Shown here piece after piece: positions 48,770-58,204 of a stretch of DNA of 64,000 nucleotides (position 1 is its first letter; each line of letters starts with the position of its first letter). The position numbers and the translations under genes are program-made. The stretch comes from Candidatus Omnitrophota bacterium (GTDB lineage Bacteria; Omnitrophota; Gorgyraeia; Zapsychrales; Zapsychraceae). The DNA lies in the NCBI GenBank assembly GCA_029261055.1, contig JAJDCA010000037.1, positions 82,818 to 146,817 of the forward strand, given 5' to 3'. The notes beneath the pieces are model-generated. The model saw only the letters and a program-made list of their open reading frames with translations, did not search any database and was not told where the DNA came from.

Positions 48770-50668
48770 ATGAATATTAATGGAGGGTGGATAGTGACAA
48801 ATTCAATTAATTTTATTCCAGGTTCAGATGGTGAAAATATCGGTGATGGATCTGGCATATTTCAAGATGTAAACAATAATACTCTTCGTTTTAAGACAAT
48901 TGTTCCAGTAAGTGGGTTAGAGATAATAGACACTGGCACAGAGTTGGAATTTACAATACTATCTACTGTTGGGGAAGCTGGACCGTCTGGTGCTACAGGT
49001 CCACAAGGCCCAAGTGGCGTTGCGGGTCCAAGTGGAGCGACTGGTTTGACTGGTGCTACAGGTCCACAAGGCCCAAGTGGCGTTGCGGGTCCAAGTGGAG
49101 CGACTGGTCCTAGCGGCTCTCAAGGAGTCCAGGGAGAAATTGGTCCATCTGGTACAGCACATACTTTTTCAAACATTGGAGCTGGGGAAGGTGTATTTTC
49201 TAGCATTGTATCAGATGATGTTCAATTTAAAAGCATAGTTGGTAATTCGGGTATTGATGTATCTTCTGACAGTGATGAAATATTTATTGACTTTGACATA
49301 ACCGAAGTTACTGAGCTTGGGCCGACTGTATCTGGACTATACTACCGTAAAGACGAAGATGTTATTCCTGATATTGACGAGACATACACTATAGGTAATC
49401 AAACAACTAAATTCGTTACTGTTCATGCATCAACTGGCGTTTTCACTGGTGCCAATAATGAAGTTGGTAAAGTAGCAGTTGGTGATTTCGGCGGCGGACT
49501 AGAGTGTGCAATAATCGAAAGAGGTCTTCCTGGTGCATTTCCGGCTTTAGTTATGCGTGGTGGTAGAGCCGCTATTATGGAGACATCTAATCTGGGAACA
49601 ATGGTTTCTGGATTCTATATGGGTCCAACTCAAAATATAATTATGGGAGATATAGAGGATTATACATCCAAAACAGGTGGTCAATTATATAGTAGTGAGC
49701 TTAACCACTTTGACAAGAAAATAACCTCTGTCCTACATACTAAATTGGTTGACAGTTCTAGCAATAGAGTTGCTCATTATGTTTTTAATACAAATTCCGT
49801 TAATTCTAAAAATAGTAATCCTAGTATTGCTTTAGAGGCTGTGTCTCAAACAAATGTCACGAAGGCTGTTTCTAATTATATTACAGCAATAAAGGCTAGG
49901 GCCGTAGCACTAGATTCTAGTTCTTCAGTTGTTATACCAAACGGTCTTTACGCTGGTCTTGATTGTCAAGTTATTCATAGTGGTGTTGGGAGAGTAAGCA
50001 CAGCTAAAGCTGCTTATTTTGGATTAAGTGCATCATCTACCGGATCATTCGGTAACGCCTATGTTGTTCATATTGCAGCTCCATCTGGATCATTCTCTGG
50101 TGCCAACAAATCTCTGTGGTGTGAGGGCGAGGCATGTTTTACAAATAATGTAGAAATAGTTAATGACTTAAATATCGGCTCTGATATAATTGTTGTAGGA
50201 ACAGTAGAAGGCGATATTTTTCAAGTCAATGATTCCTTGACAGTAGAATCTATATCAACTTTTAATGATGATATTACCGCTACTGCTGATGCCTTTTTCG
50301 ACAATGATGCTAGTGTTAGCGGATGCTTAGAGACCAAAATAAGGCGCGATGCATCACGTAGGGAATCATTTGTTTTTGTCGACAATATTGCATTTGATCG
50401 CAATTTAATCTATGGAGATATGGCTGCTGCTGGCTCCATATTGACAGTGACAGATCCAGGTAAAAATGGACAAGAGACGAAAGTTGTATGGAAACAAAAT
50501 AACGCCGGAACAGGGTTCGTTACGTTTTCTTATTCTGGTGGTATTAAGTGGAGAGGTGGAGCAGCGCCAACGCTAACAGCGACATCTGGTGTCAGAGATA
50601 TATTTACATTTTTGTACGACTCGACTGATGATGTGCTCTATGGGCATGCTGATCAGGGCTATGCTTAA
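48770..50668 (+). CDS. Collagen-like (G-X-Y repeat) fibre protein with a large C-terminal globular domain, 632 aa
   Basis: About 48 uninterrupted G-X-Y triplets ([25 protein letters not shown]...). It is the only plus-strand gene within about 50 kb of minus-strand genes. A GTG at 48794 preceded by GGAGGG is an alternative start. Confidence 0.8.
   Translation: MNINGGWIVTNSINFIPGSDGENIGDGSGIFQDVNNNTLRFKTIVPVSGLEIIDTGTELEFTILSTVGEAGPSGATGPQGPSGVAGPSGATGLTGATGPQGPSGVAGPSGATGPSGSQGVQGEIGPSGTAHTFSNIGAGEGVFSSIVSDDVQFKSIVGNSGIDVSSDSDEIFIDFDITEVTELGPTVSGLYYRKDEDVIPDIDETYTIGNQTTKFVTVHASTGVFTGANNEVGKVAVGDFGGGLECAIIERGLPGAFPALVMRGGRAAIMETSNLGTMVSGFYMGPTQNIIMGDIEDYTSKTGGQLYSSELNHFDKKITSVLHTKLVDSSSNRVAHYVFNTNSVNSKNSNPSIALEAVSQTNVTKAVSNYITAIKARAVALDSSSSVVIPNGLYAGLDCQVIHSGVGRVSTAKAAYFGLSASSTGSFGNAYVVHIAAPSGSFSGANKSLWCEGEACFTNNVEIVNDLNIGSDIIVVGTVEGDIFQVNDSLTVESISTFNDDITATADAFFDNDASVSGCLETKIRRDASRRESFVFVDNIAFDRNLIYGDMAAAGSILTVTDPGKNGQETKVVWKQNNAGTGFVTFSYSGGIKWRGGAAPTLTATSGVRDIFTFLYDSTDDVLYGHADQGYA
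48989..49107 (+). repeat. Perfect 56-nt direct repeat with 63-nt period (2 copies) inside the collagen-like region
   Basis: ggtgctacaggtccacaaggcccaagtggcgttgcgggtccaagtggagcgactgg occurs at 48989-49044 and again at 49052-49107. It encodes the 21-aa unit [18 protein letters not shown](L/P)(T/S)G. Confidence 0.8.
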
Positions 50669-50677
50669 TTCTCTACG

Positions 50678-50708
50678 CTAGAGGGTGTCTAATTATAACA
50701 TCCTCTAG
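50678..50708. terminator. Convergent-junction hairpin (CTAGAGG...CCTCTAG, 7-bp stem) between the collagen gene and the minus-strand small genes
   Basis: Inverted repeat in the 50-nt spacer where plus and minus transcription converge. Lacks a strong U-tract. Confidence 0.3.
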
Positions 50709-50719
50709 CACCGAAAATC

Positions 50720-51052
50720 TTAACTCGCAAACGTCTCAAATTCTTTTGGACAGTGTATTTCTGTTAACATCGCCACAACTCTAGGGTTGTTTTCGATGCA
50801 TTTCTCTATTCTTTTTCTGCTCCATATCTGTGCATCACTTACCCAGCTAGTCGTTTCTTCAATCTTTATCTCGTTAAATATAATTTTATTTTTTCTCAGT
50901 ATACTGCACAGAAATCTCTTGATTTTATTGTCATCTTCTGTATCGCTAACTAAGAAGTCAAATCTTTTTAAGATAGGCAACTTCTTGTCTCTATTGTCTG
51001 TGTTTATTAGTATCACTACTTTTTTTGCTTGAACGTCTTGCTGTTTTTTCAT
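50720..51052 (-). CDS. Hypothetical small protein (110 aa)
   Basis: ORF in a tightly packed minus-strand small-gene cluster. Confidence 0.35.
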   Translation of the reverse strand: MKKQQDVQAKKVVILINTDNRDKKLPILKRFDFLVSDTEDDNKIKRFLCSILRKNKIIFNEIKIEETTSWVSDAQIWSRKRIEKCIENNPRVVAMLTEIHCPKEFETFAS

Positions 51053-51272
51053 GGATGCTAACTACCTCCCTAAGAGAGTTGATAGTTTCGTCATAGGACT
51101 TGTTTTGGAGAATCCAGGATTTTTCTGCTCTCTCATAAAGTGCTGTAAATGTATTGTATGTAAAATTCATGCGCTTTCTGTTTATCCAGTCTGCTAATAT
51201 GAACCCCAGTCCAACACCTACAATTAAACACATCAGGTATATTAGTATAGAGAACATAGTCTCGTTCACCAC
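50991..51272 (-). CDS. Small membrane protein (93 aa)
   Basis: N-terminal TM helix FSILIYLMCLIVGVGLGFILA. Overlaps the next ORF by 62 nt, so one of the two starts is uncertain. Confidence 0.3.
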   Translation of the reverse strand: MVNETMFSILIYLMCLIVGVGLGFILADWINRKRMNFTYNTFTALYERAEKSWILQNKSYDETINSLREVVSIHEKTARRSSKKSSDTNKHRQ

Positions 51273-51322
51273 AACTCCTTATAGATTAATTACACATAAT
51301 ATAATACGAATTTAGTGTTCTA

Positions 51323-51661
51323 TTAATAGTCATAGTTAATGTTGCTCATTTTTGAAATATCACTATTTAGCCATTTCCACTTAGTTACACGATTTTCACC
51401 TATAAACCACAATAGCTGCAATGGCCTACTATTGCCTTTTAAATATGATGGAAATGCTATTGTCACATTGCTATAATCAATTACTTCCGCTCCCAACTCA
51501 TGTATCTCCTCTAGATATTCAAGAAGAAGATTGATGCTTTTTTCATTCTCGTCTGTAACTGTTGGCCATACTCTTTCTATATCTTTTGCAATGCATGATA
51601 TTAGCGGTATCGTTTTATTGGCAGATTTTACTGTAAATATCTTTTTCAGTGGCTTAGACAT
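51323..51661 (-). CDS. Hypothetical protein (112 aa)
   Basis: ORF with the same coding strand as its neighbours. Confidence 0.35.
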   Translation of the reverse strand: MSKPLKKIFTVKSANKTIPLISCIAKDIERVWPTVTDENEKSINLLLEYLEEIHELGAEVIDYSNVTIAFPSYLKGNSRPLQLLWFIGENRVTKWKWLNSDISKMSNINYDY

Positions 51662-51670
51662 GTATTTACC

Positions 51671-51925
51671 TTATTCTTTACGATCTTTCTTTTTGGTTAT
51701 GTGATCGGATAATTTTCTGTCTATATATTGCATTCCACCTATAATGTAAGCTAGTGCCGCAAAACAAAATACAAGCAATTTATTAGTGAGAAATATAGAA
51801 ATAATACCGGATACTACTAACCACAACAACAACCACTGAATAAATACTTTTAATGTTTTTTTGCTATATAATGACTTAATAGCGTCTAAAATTTCTAACA
51901 GTGCATCATATAAACTTAGTTTCAT
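51671..51925 (-). CDS. Small membrane protein (84 aa, 2 TM)
   Basis: Two hydrophobic helices. Confidence 0.35.
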   Translation of the reverse strand: MKLSLYDALLEILDAIKSLYSKKTLKVFIQWLLLWLVVSGIISIFLTNKLLVFCFAALAYIIGGMQYIDRKLSDHITKKKDRKE

Positions 51926-52018
51926 TTACTTTTATTCTCCGGCATTGGTTTGGCATCATTGAATATTTATTTTACGATTTTAGACATGTTCAAATATTAT
52001 CTATATGATGTAATAAAG

Positions 52019-52354
52019 TTATTTTTTATCAATTCTAGAGCAATATACAAGGTCATGGCTTTTGTTCATGATATCAAATGCCATTTTTGATATTTTTCCT
52101 GCTAAATCGTCGCCATATCCCTTTTGTTTAATTATGTCTGCTCCAACATGCCCCTGAAGAATTGCAACTATAATTGGCTCAAGTGATTTTAGTTCATTTA
52201 TAACTTCTACAAGCTCTTTAGCTATTCCAAGATGTATTTCTGCTCCAATAGTGTTCTTTGTTTGATCATCCCAATCTTGTGCTGGAGTTTTTTGATTTAG
52301 TATCTCGCACACAGAGCTTGTCAGCACATCTACTAGTGTTTTCTCTTCGTCCAT
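52019..52354 (-). CDS. Hypothetical all-alpha protein (111 aa); weak resemblance to MazG-like NTP pyrophosphohydrolases
   Basis: Helical, Glu/Asp-rich. Similarity is weak and not relied on. Confidence 0.3.
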   Translation of the reverse strand: MDEEKTLVDVLTSSVCEILNQKTPAQDWDDQTKNTIGAEIHLGIAKELVEVINELKSLEPIIVAILQGHVGADIIKQKGYGDDLAGKISKMAFDIMNKSHDLVYCSRIDKK

Positions 52355-52583
52355 TTGTTACGCCTAACTTTAATCTGTTTTCATTATAATATTTTTTAAG
52401 ATAGTATGCGGATGTCAATACCCATACTGCAAATATTAATAAAATACCACTTATTGTATAGTTCCTAAATAAGCTAGTATTATCTACCACTGATCCGCCG
52501 ACTATTACATACACTGATCCAGCAATCAACATTAATGTAATCAAATAACTAATTATCAAGGTTTTTTTATGAGACAATCGCAA
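52266..52583 (-). CDS. Small membrane protein (105 aa)
   Basis: Two or three TM segments. Overlaps the previous ORF by 89 nt, so one start is probably wrong. Confidence 0.3.
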   Translation of the reverse strand: MRLSHKKTLIISYLITLMLIAGSVYVIVGGSVVDNTSLFRNYTISGILLIFAVWVLTSAYYLKKYYNENRLKLGVTNGRRENTSRCADKLCVRDTKSKNSSTRLG

Positions 52584-52591
52584 CCTCCTAT

Positions 52592-52903
52592 CTATTCTTC
52601 CATATGTTTTAACGTCTCAAAAATATCATCTAGTCGTTTTGCTAGACCTATTTGTAATACTGAATTGTGAAGAGCCGCTATATGTATAGAAGCAGCAATA
52701 TGATTTAAAACAGCCAATTCGCTCTTACCAGCACCATCTGCCGCCTCAGATCGATTACTAAAATGATTGCCCAGTTGTGTATGTTGATCAATAATACTCG
52801 ATAAAGTACCTGTATCAAGAAGACCTTCCATTATGCTCAACCATTCATTTTTTGGATTATCGTCTGGATGACCCTCTCTATGGTAATTTTGACCTGATTC
52901 CAC
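52592..52903 (-). CDS. Hypothetical protein (103 aa)
   Basis: First gene downstream of the long non-coding spacer and its promoter. Confidence 0.35.
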   Translation of the reverse strand: MESGQNYHREGHPDDNPKNEWLSIMEGLLDTGTLSSIIDQHTQLGNHFSNRSEAADGAGKSELAVLNHIAASIHIAALHNSVLQIGLAKRLDDIFETLKHMEE

Positions 52904-53085
52904 TTCTTTCCTCTCGGCGTATTTCTTTTATTAATTTCGACATGTCAGACACAACTAACTCAAAAGAGTAGCACCCTCTGCAATAGTTGCTATTTTCAAT
53001 GTGTACACTGTTACAATTGCTACATCTTTTTAATACTATCAAAATGCTGTCCTGTCTGGTAACTAAATATCTTTGTCGCTAGTCT

Positions 53086-53094
53086 ATTGTATCA
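53086..53094 (-). promoter_or_regulatory. Extended -10 promoter (TGATACAAT) inside the 425-nt non-coding spacer, reading towards the 52903 gene
   Basis: Minus strand reads ...GTGTTTTTGTGATACAATAGACT. This is TGn plus TACAAT, with a GTTTCA element upstream. Confidence 0.35.
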
Positions 53095-53328
53095 CAAAAA
53101 CACCTGAAACACCATATATTTTAATCCTTTGACACAGAAAAGAATAAGGGGGTCTAGTCGCCTTATGTGTTCGAATAACGATAACCTTAGCCCTCACTTA
53201 CCTTTATCCTGTCTGAGTTTGGGTAATTCATTACACGCCGAAGCGCCAACATTACACCCGCGATTGATAGGTTTGAGTTACTTTTTGTATGTATTTGCAT
53301 TGGATTATCGTTACTGCTTCGCAGGGTT

Positions 53329-53706
53329 CTATTCCCATTCATAGCCTACAACAATTATTTTGCTTATGTCACCATTTACTCTTTTTGCAAAATCTGGTGC
53401 TTCACTATCTGATTCGTCTCCTGATTGTAGCCTCTCTGACCAGTCATTCCATTCTTTTCTGTGTTCCTCTTCTACAATGTACCAATGCCCTGAATCATCG
53501 ACATCGAAAAAGAAGCGACCCCCAGTATAGTTTCTCATTTCTTTATCACTCATAAAATCACCTCTTTCTAATTCTAATGGTTTGTATTCTACTAGTTCGT
53601 TTTTTATTTTTTTTATTTCTTTTTTATCTACTTTGTGCCCTACTAAAGATACTACTATTATCCAAAACATTACTAAAAATAGTACTGCTCCGCTCCAGTC
53701 GTTCAT
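53329..53706 (-). CDS. Membrane-anchored protein (125 aa)
   Basis: N-terminal TM helix AVLFLVMFWIIVVSLVG. Confidence 0.35.
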   Translation of the reverse strand: MNDWSGAVLFLVMFWIIVVSLVGHKVDKKEIKKIKNELVEYKPLELERGDFMSDKEMRNYTGGRFFFDVDDSGHWYIVEEEHRKEWNDWSERLQSGDESDSEAPDFAKRVNGDISKIIVVGYEWE

Positions 53707-53736
53707 TGGTCTCCTTACTGTAGGTTTTTATTTTTT

Positions 53737-54009
53737 TTATTCGTCTGTATTGTATACCGATTCTGCGCACATACTGAGAATTCTTTTTACGTAAGGCCAG
53801 CAGAAGAATCGTTCAATAAGCCCAACTCTTCTACCATAGTGCTCATAGTCATAACTTTTATGGCCACTAAACCCAAGCGGTCCATTGGCAATCCAGTACT
53901 TTTCACCACTTGGTATATGTTTCATTATGCAATCACTGTCACGTCTCCAGTCTTGAGGTTTGTTTTTTAGTGATGCATATACTGGTGAGAAAAATCGCTC
54001 GAAATTCAT
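53737..54009 (-). CDS. Hypothetical protein (90 aa)
   Basis: ORF only. Confidence 0.3.
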   Translation of the reverse strand: MNFERFFSPVYASLKNKPQDWRRDSDCIMKHIPSGEKYWIANGPLGFSGHKSYDYEHYGRRVGLIERFFCWPYVKRILSMCAESVYNTDE

Positions 54010-54013
54010 ATTG

Positions 54014-54247
54014 TTATCCCTGACAATCTATTACGTGTTCTTCTACTACATATCTTTTGCCATTTACTGTTTTTGTCGATTCTGCAATTACGTCCCGCCA
54101 GCCTCCGCAATAAAATCCACTGCTGGAAAATTCAGATTCAATCTGTTTTTTAGCAAGATTCAGGCTAGAGTAAACCCCATCATTGTTTATTATTCCACTA
54201 TAGCTACATATAGAGATAAGAATAAATACCCTTGATTCGTTGCTCAC
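54014..54247 (-). CDS. Hypothetical protein (77 aa)
   Basis: ORF only. Confidence 0.3.
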   Translation of the reverse strand: MSNESRVFILISICSYSGIINNDGVYSSLNLAKKQIESEFSSSGFYCGGWRDVIAESTKTVNGKRYVVEEHVIDCQG

Positions 54248-54259
54248 TTCGTCTCTTTT

Positions 54260-54745
54260 CTATAAAAATGTATAGTTTCTGTGAAATTCATTGTCTCTTA
54301 GCACGAGCAGACTGCCATCTTCTTTTGCCACTACCCAGTCTCCAGGATCTAGATTTTTTCCAGTGTCTCCAGTCCTTATAACTATATTGTCTTCCTTAAA
54401 TTTTTGCAATACATCGCTCCACTCGCTATTTAGTATTTTGTTTAACACTGTATAATTTTCATAGTATATTACATGTAGCGTCTCAAAAACATTGTGGCCA
54501 GAGTATTTGACAGCCTCTACAGTCGTCTTGTCTCTGTTGTTTTTATACATCCCTCTTGTTCCACTGACTGTTTTTCCAGATATGCTGCATGACTCTTCGT
54601 ATGTATAGCGATTTATATAATGTTTTAATTCACTACTATCTAAGTCATTGTATTCATTTATAATTCTTGTGCAGATCGATAAGATGTGGCGCAATGGCGC
54701 ACTGTTTATTTTATTATAATCCACCTGATCATATCTATTCATCTT
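54260..54745 (-). CDS. Hypothetical protein (start taken at the internal Met of the track ORF)
   Basis: The track ORF 54260..54853 overlaps the upstream gene by 119 nt. The internal MNRYDQ start reduces the overlap to 11 nt. Confidence 0.3.
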   Translation of the reverse strand, partial: KMNRYDQVDYNKINSAPLRHILSICTRIINEYNDLDSSELKHYINRYTYEESCSISGKTVSGTRGMYKNNRDKTTVEAVKYSGHNVFETLHVIYYENYTVLNKILNSEWSDVLQKFKEDNIVIRTGDTGKNLDPGDWVVAKEDGSLLVLRDNEFHRNYTFL

Positions 54746-55271
54746 GTTTCTTTCTAGTCGTTTTTTGCACCGCTTCGATTGTTTTATATGTGGCCTCAAA
54801 AATATCATGTCTGACAGAATGCAGTAGGTTATCTTTTCTAACAATCCAATCACTCTTTTTAGCTATCTTTTCATCTTCCGATGTGTGTATTATTAAATCA
54901 GAACTACCAAAAATATGTGATATTTCTTTATGACCTATGTTTAATTTTTTACAAATCTCTTCAATATTATCTCCAGCCCACTGTACTGCTTTAATGTCCA
55001 TATTGTTATGATTTTTATCCTTATACTTCCGCATTTTAAAACAATTTTCACATAATGGTTCGAAAATGGGAGAAAATAAAAACTCTGATTCATGTATGTC
55101 ATAAACATCGTGAGGCTCGCCATCACAGTCTAAGCAGGTTGCGTCAATGGGTAGGCAGCATCCGTCTATTGGGTCATACCAGAATTTTCCATCGGCACTA
55201 AGTTTCCAATTTTCCTTCACTGTATCAACCTCCAGACTCACTGCAATCTTTATTATTGGCCTTTTATCCAA
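54735..55271 (-). CDS. Cys-rich hypothetical protein (178 aa)
   Basis: Contains CCLPIDATCLDCDG and CENCF. Confidence 0.35.
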   Translation of the reverse strand: MDKRPIIKIAVSLEVDTVKENWKLSADGKFWYDPIDGCCLPIDATCLDCDGEPHDVYDIHESEFLFSPIFEPLCENCFKMRKYKDKNHNNMDIKAVQWAGDNIEEICKKLNIGHKEISHIFGSSDLIIHTSEDEKIAKKSDWIVRKDNLLHSVRHDIFEATYKTIEAVQKTTRKKQDE

Positions 55272-55519
55272 GTAACACTATGAAACTTGTTTATTCTTGA
55301 AATAAAAATATTGCCATCATGACTATCCACACTGAATTCTTTACCCAGCAATCTATCGTTCCAATGCCAACAGTTACTATTGTAATAATATGTTGGGTGT
55401 TTTCTGTCTTCTGACCCTATACGACTTAGCGCTTTGTCTGCAAGATATTCTCCATAGCTCTTTGGATTTTGCTCGTATAATATTTGCTCTTGTATTTTTA
55501 ATCTTTCTTTATTTATCAT
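55253..55519 (-). CDS. Hypothetical protein (88 aa)
   Basis: ORF only. Confidence 0.3.
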   Translation of the reverse strand: MINKERLKIQEQILYEQNPKSYGEYLADKALSRIGSEDRKHPTYYYNSNCWHWNDRLLGKEFSVDSHDGNIFISRINKFHSVTWIKGQ

Positions 55520-55757
55520 TGTCGGCCTTATGTTCTGCTTGTCTTTTTAAGTCTAGCTCAAGATACAATCTTTTCCATTCTTCTGCTTGCTCTTTATAGA
55601 ATTCTAAGTCAACTCTGTGGTGTTCACAAATGTATTCCATTCTACGAGAATGTGAAATTATTTCAGCGATTTTTCTAGCCGCCAATATTGAACCTAACCA
55701 TTCGCAGAATCTTATCGGAGCTTCGCTAATGGCAAAAAATAGTTGTACCAATGTCAT
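55509..55757 (-). CDS. Hypothetical protein (82 aa)
   Basis: ORF only. Confidence 0.3.
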   Translation of the reverse strand: MTLVQLFFAISEAPIRFCEWLGSILAARKIAEIISHSRRMEYICEHHRVDLEFYKEQAEEWKRLYLELDLKRQAEHKADNDK

Positions 55758-55990
55758 TTTGCCTCTTTTCCGTTTAAAAAGATCACAAAAGCTATTGCCA
55801 TCATTATTGGTCCAATGAGTATGGAAATTGCGTACGCCAATATAGTAATTTTTATTTCGTCAAGATGTTCGACTTCATACTTTTTGGTATTTTTTAGTAA
55901 TTCATTCGTGGTAGTGTAGGCAACAGAGATTCCCACAAATAGCCACAATATTCCAATTATACATATAATCATTTCTTTTTCACTAAACAT
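55754..55990 (-). CDS. Small membrane protein (78 aa)
   Basis: Two TM helices. Confidence 0.3.
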   Translation of the reverse strand: MFSEKEMIICIIGILWLFVGISVAYTTTNELLKNTKKYEVEHLDEIKITILAYAISILIGPIMMAIAFVIFLNGKEAK

Positions 55991-56513
55991 CTATTATCCT
56001 CTCATCTGTACGATGCCAACCATTTACTCTTAGCTGCTCTAAAAACATTTCTACTTGTGATGGTAGCTTCATATTTTTCAAAGTAGTCTGAGCATCTTCT
56101 ATACATCGAAGCATATGCTTGTTTCCTGCGTTTAGTTCATCTAGTGCCCATAAGTAAAATTCAACCATATCTAACGAGCGCAACCAAAGTTCTTCATCTT
56201 CGGTTATGTCATACTTAATACCCAGTACATCTTCTACTTGTTTTGTAGATTCTGTCATAGCTGATTTTAATTCAGGAAACATTCTTTTAGCAGGAAATGG
56301 AGTGTCACCATTCCATCTTTCGTGAAGGTCATGTCGAATAATCGCTTGATAAAGTTTTAACGATGGGTTAGGATGAAGTACCTCAAGTAGAAGCAGCATA
56401 TCGAATGAGTGCTTACCAACTGAATAGTCTGTAGAATGACGAACCGTGTGTGCTCTTTCTACGCAACTTGCCTCTCTAAGTTGTAGCACTTTGTTTAATA
56501 TTTTTTTACCCAT
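55983..56513 (-). CDS. HD-domain phosphohydrolase, YfbR-like 5'-deoxynucleotidase
   Basis: HSFDMLLL ... IIRHDLHERWNGDTPFPAK matches the YfbR pattern (H...HD...E..TGD.PTP.K). Confidence 0.65.
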   Translation of the reverse strand: MGKKILNKVLQLREASCVERAHTVRHSTDYSVGKHSFDMLLLLEVLHPNPSLKLYQAIIRHDLHERWNGDTPFPAKRMFPELKSAMTESTKQVEDVLGIKYDITEDEELWLRSLDMVEFYLWALDELNAGNKHMLRCIEDAQTTLKNMKLPSQVEMFLEQLRVNGWHRTDERIIDV

Positions 56514-56530
56514 CTAATTTTTCCTTTTTT

Positions 56531-56845
56531 TTAATCCCTACTAGCTTGGTTTCTAATATTTACAATTTTTTTTGCTTGCTCAATATCATCACGACATAAT
56601 GCACCCCAAAAATAAAACTCATCACGTAAAATTTTGTGTGTTTCGCGTAGTTCAAACAGACCCACACCCCTTTCTTTCTCTGACTTTTTATTCATTATTA
56701 ATAATATTTCTACTATTTTGTCAAAACTACAGTCATCTACAATAATGCTAGAAATATAACCACACAAATCACCAATTTTTTTATGGTTTATATTTACATG
56801 ATCACTATGTGTTTCAAACTTTTTACGCTTCATGATCTTTACCAA
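56531..56845 (-). CDS. Hypothetical protein (104 aa)
   Basis: ORF only. Confidence 0.3.
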   Translation of the reverse strand: MVKIMKRKKFETHSDHVNINHKKIGDLCGYISSIIVDDCSFDKIVEILLIMNKKSEKERGVGLFELRETHKILRDEFYFWGALCRDDIEQAKKIVNIRNQASRD

Positions 56846-56852
56846 TCTTTAA

Positions 56853-57230
56853 TTAACAAAGTAGTTCAGACAACTCTTCCATTGTCATGTATATATCATG
56901 AACCCTACAATTTCTATTGCTGGATTTCATAACTACTCTAGTTATGTCTTCCCTATCTAGTGGTGCGCCGAATGAAGAGATGTCGTTTTTAGACACAAAT
57001 ATTTCTTGTATTTTTCCACCCTCTAAAATTTTTGGAAGTTTTACATACTCTGAATCATGACCTAGCACTTTTGTCATTTTTCTAACAGCATTACATAGCT
57101 CTACACTTTGATGCTTGGGAATTTTTGCTAAACTTCTACCATATAAACCATCGTATTCGCAAATATCTAGCGACATATCACTGTTGATTGTGATTTTATA
57201 ATCTGCTCCGTCAATTTCTACCTTACTCAC
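56853..57230 (-). CDS. Hypothetical protein (125 aa)
   Basis: ORF only. Confidence 0.3.
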   Translation of the reverse strand: MSKVEIDGADYKITINSDMSLDICEYDGLYGRSLAKIPKHQSVELCNAVRKMTKVLGHDSEYVKLPKILEGGKIQEIFVSKNDISSFGAPLDREDITRVVMKSSNRNCRVHDIYMTMEELSELLC

Positions 57231-57322
57231 CAGAATATTCTCTTTTCATAAAAATTTACTATAGTTGAAAATAGATTAGTATAATTATTGTTATTATTTC
57301 GAATATTATGAATAATGTCTTC

Positions 57323-57787
57323 TTAAGAAAACTTTTCATCTATTTCTTCTTCTGTTAAACTAGTGCAATAAGAACACGGCGGATTAATATGACAAGAGCA
57401 ACAAGTTTGTGTATCATCGATCCATCCACCTATAGGATCTATAAGATTTGGTAGATCATATCTTCCTGAACCAGGCACAAATCCGACATTGCTCATTACT
57501 CCACTCATTGATCCTGGCCTATCCATATATGGGTCAGTAACAGCAACGCATGGATTGTCTGATACTGTCAAGTCGTTGGTGAATGCGCCTATATAGTCCG
57601 TTCCTTCGACAAAGTTTTCCGGTAAAATAAAATTCTTGGCAGGTTGTATTGGACTATTCTCTATCCAGAACCTTTCATTAAAATTTTTACAGTTTTTAGT
57701 GCCACATTCTATTTTTACAAATAATATTAATGCTGGCTTATTGCACAATGGACAAGTTGTATTTGCTGTCATATTAATCCTTAGCAA
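57323..57787 (-). CDS. Cys-rich (Zn-binding-like) protein (154 aa)
   Basis: Contains CPLCNKP, CGTKNC and CCSCHINPPCSYC. Confidence 0.35.
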   Translation of the reverse strand: MLRINMTANTTCPLCNKPALILFVKIECGTKNCKNFNERFWIENSPIQPAKNFILPENFVEGTDYIGAFTNDLTVSDNPCVAVTDPYMDRPGSMSGVMSNVGFVPGSGRYDLPNLIDPIGGWIDDTQTCCSCHINPPCSYCTSLTEEEIDEKFS

Positions 57788-57987
57788 TGTTTGTGTGTAG
57801 TATACCTTTGAACATCAACCTCCACATACCCTGCTATCCATGCATCTGCTCTTGTACCTGGGCCATATCCGTTAACAAGAAGGTAAATAGGTATACTGGG
57901 ATTTTTAAAAGCTTCTTGTTTGCCCTGCCATCTTACTAGCTTTATAGAAAGATCTTCTTTTGATCCTTTTTCCTCTTTATTGTTCAT
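57781..57987 (-). CDS. Hypothetical protein (68 aa)
   Basis: ORF immediately downstream of the terminator at about 58000. Confidence 0.3.
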   Translation of the reverse strand: MNNKEEKGSKEDLSIKLVRWQGKQEAFKNPSIPIYLLVNGYGPGTRADAWIAGYVEVDVQRYTTHKHC

Positions 57988-57997
57988 TATTTTCTCT

Positions 57998-58032
57998 CAA
58001 TATAAAAGTGCGGGCCTTTTTCTCACCCGCTC
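57998..58032 (-). terminator. Rho-independent terminator (GCGGG-loop-CCCGC followed by CTTTTATATT on the minus strand)
   Basis: The minus strand reads GCGGGTGAGAAAAAGGCCCGC ACTTTTATATTG. It is located downstream of the tRNA and a roughly 165-nt spacer. Confidence 0.45.
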
Positions 58033-58204
58033 GCCAGATTTGAGATGATCATGCTCACCGAGCCATTTGCCTTTCCTTGCGGAAACTTCAAGAATCATAG
58101 CTAGGCTATTCTCGCTCAACTTAAAGTCTTTTTGTTCGTACTGGACTATTGTTACGTTGTCTTAACCATATAGGGATTCGGGCAACGCAACTCAATATTT
58201 AAAA

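Noticed and set aside
48959-49238. Minus-strand ORF 48959..49162 and plus-strand ORF 49053..49238 overlapping the collagen repeat
   Set aside because: These are artefacts of the GC-rich G-X-Y repeat DNA read in other frames. The collagen-like frame is continuous for 632 aa.
48770-50668. Diversity-generating retroelement targeting the collagen-like fibre gene
   Set aside because: No reverse-transcriptase ORF (no YxDD motif) and no template/variable repeat pair beyond the in-frame tandem duplication were found.
48659-50719. Invertible-segment hypothesis for the opposite-strand collagen-like gene (Gin/Cin-type)
   Set aside because: The flanks share only an 8-nt AT-rich match (TATAATTA). No site-specific recombinase gene was found nearby.
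53129-53555. Plus-strand ORFs 53129..53344 and 53289..53555 in the long spacer
   Set aside because: They are on the opposite strand to the entire surrounding gene cluster, have no RBS and have low-complexity translations. The region is better explained as non-coding regulatory or RNA sequence.
58036-58200. Second tRNA in the spacer downstream of tRNA-Arg
   Set aside because: Only a single 7-bp helix and a TTCGTAC T-loop-like string are present. No acceptor, D or anticodon arm arrangement could be built by hand.
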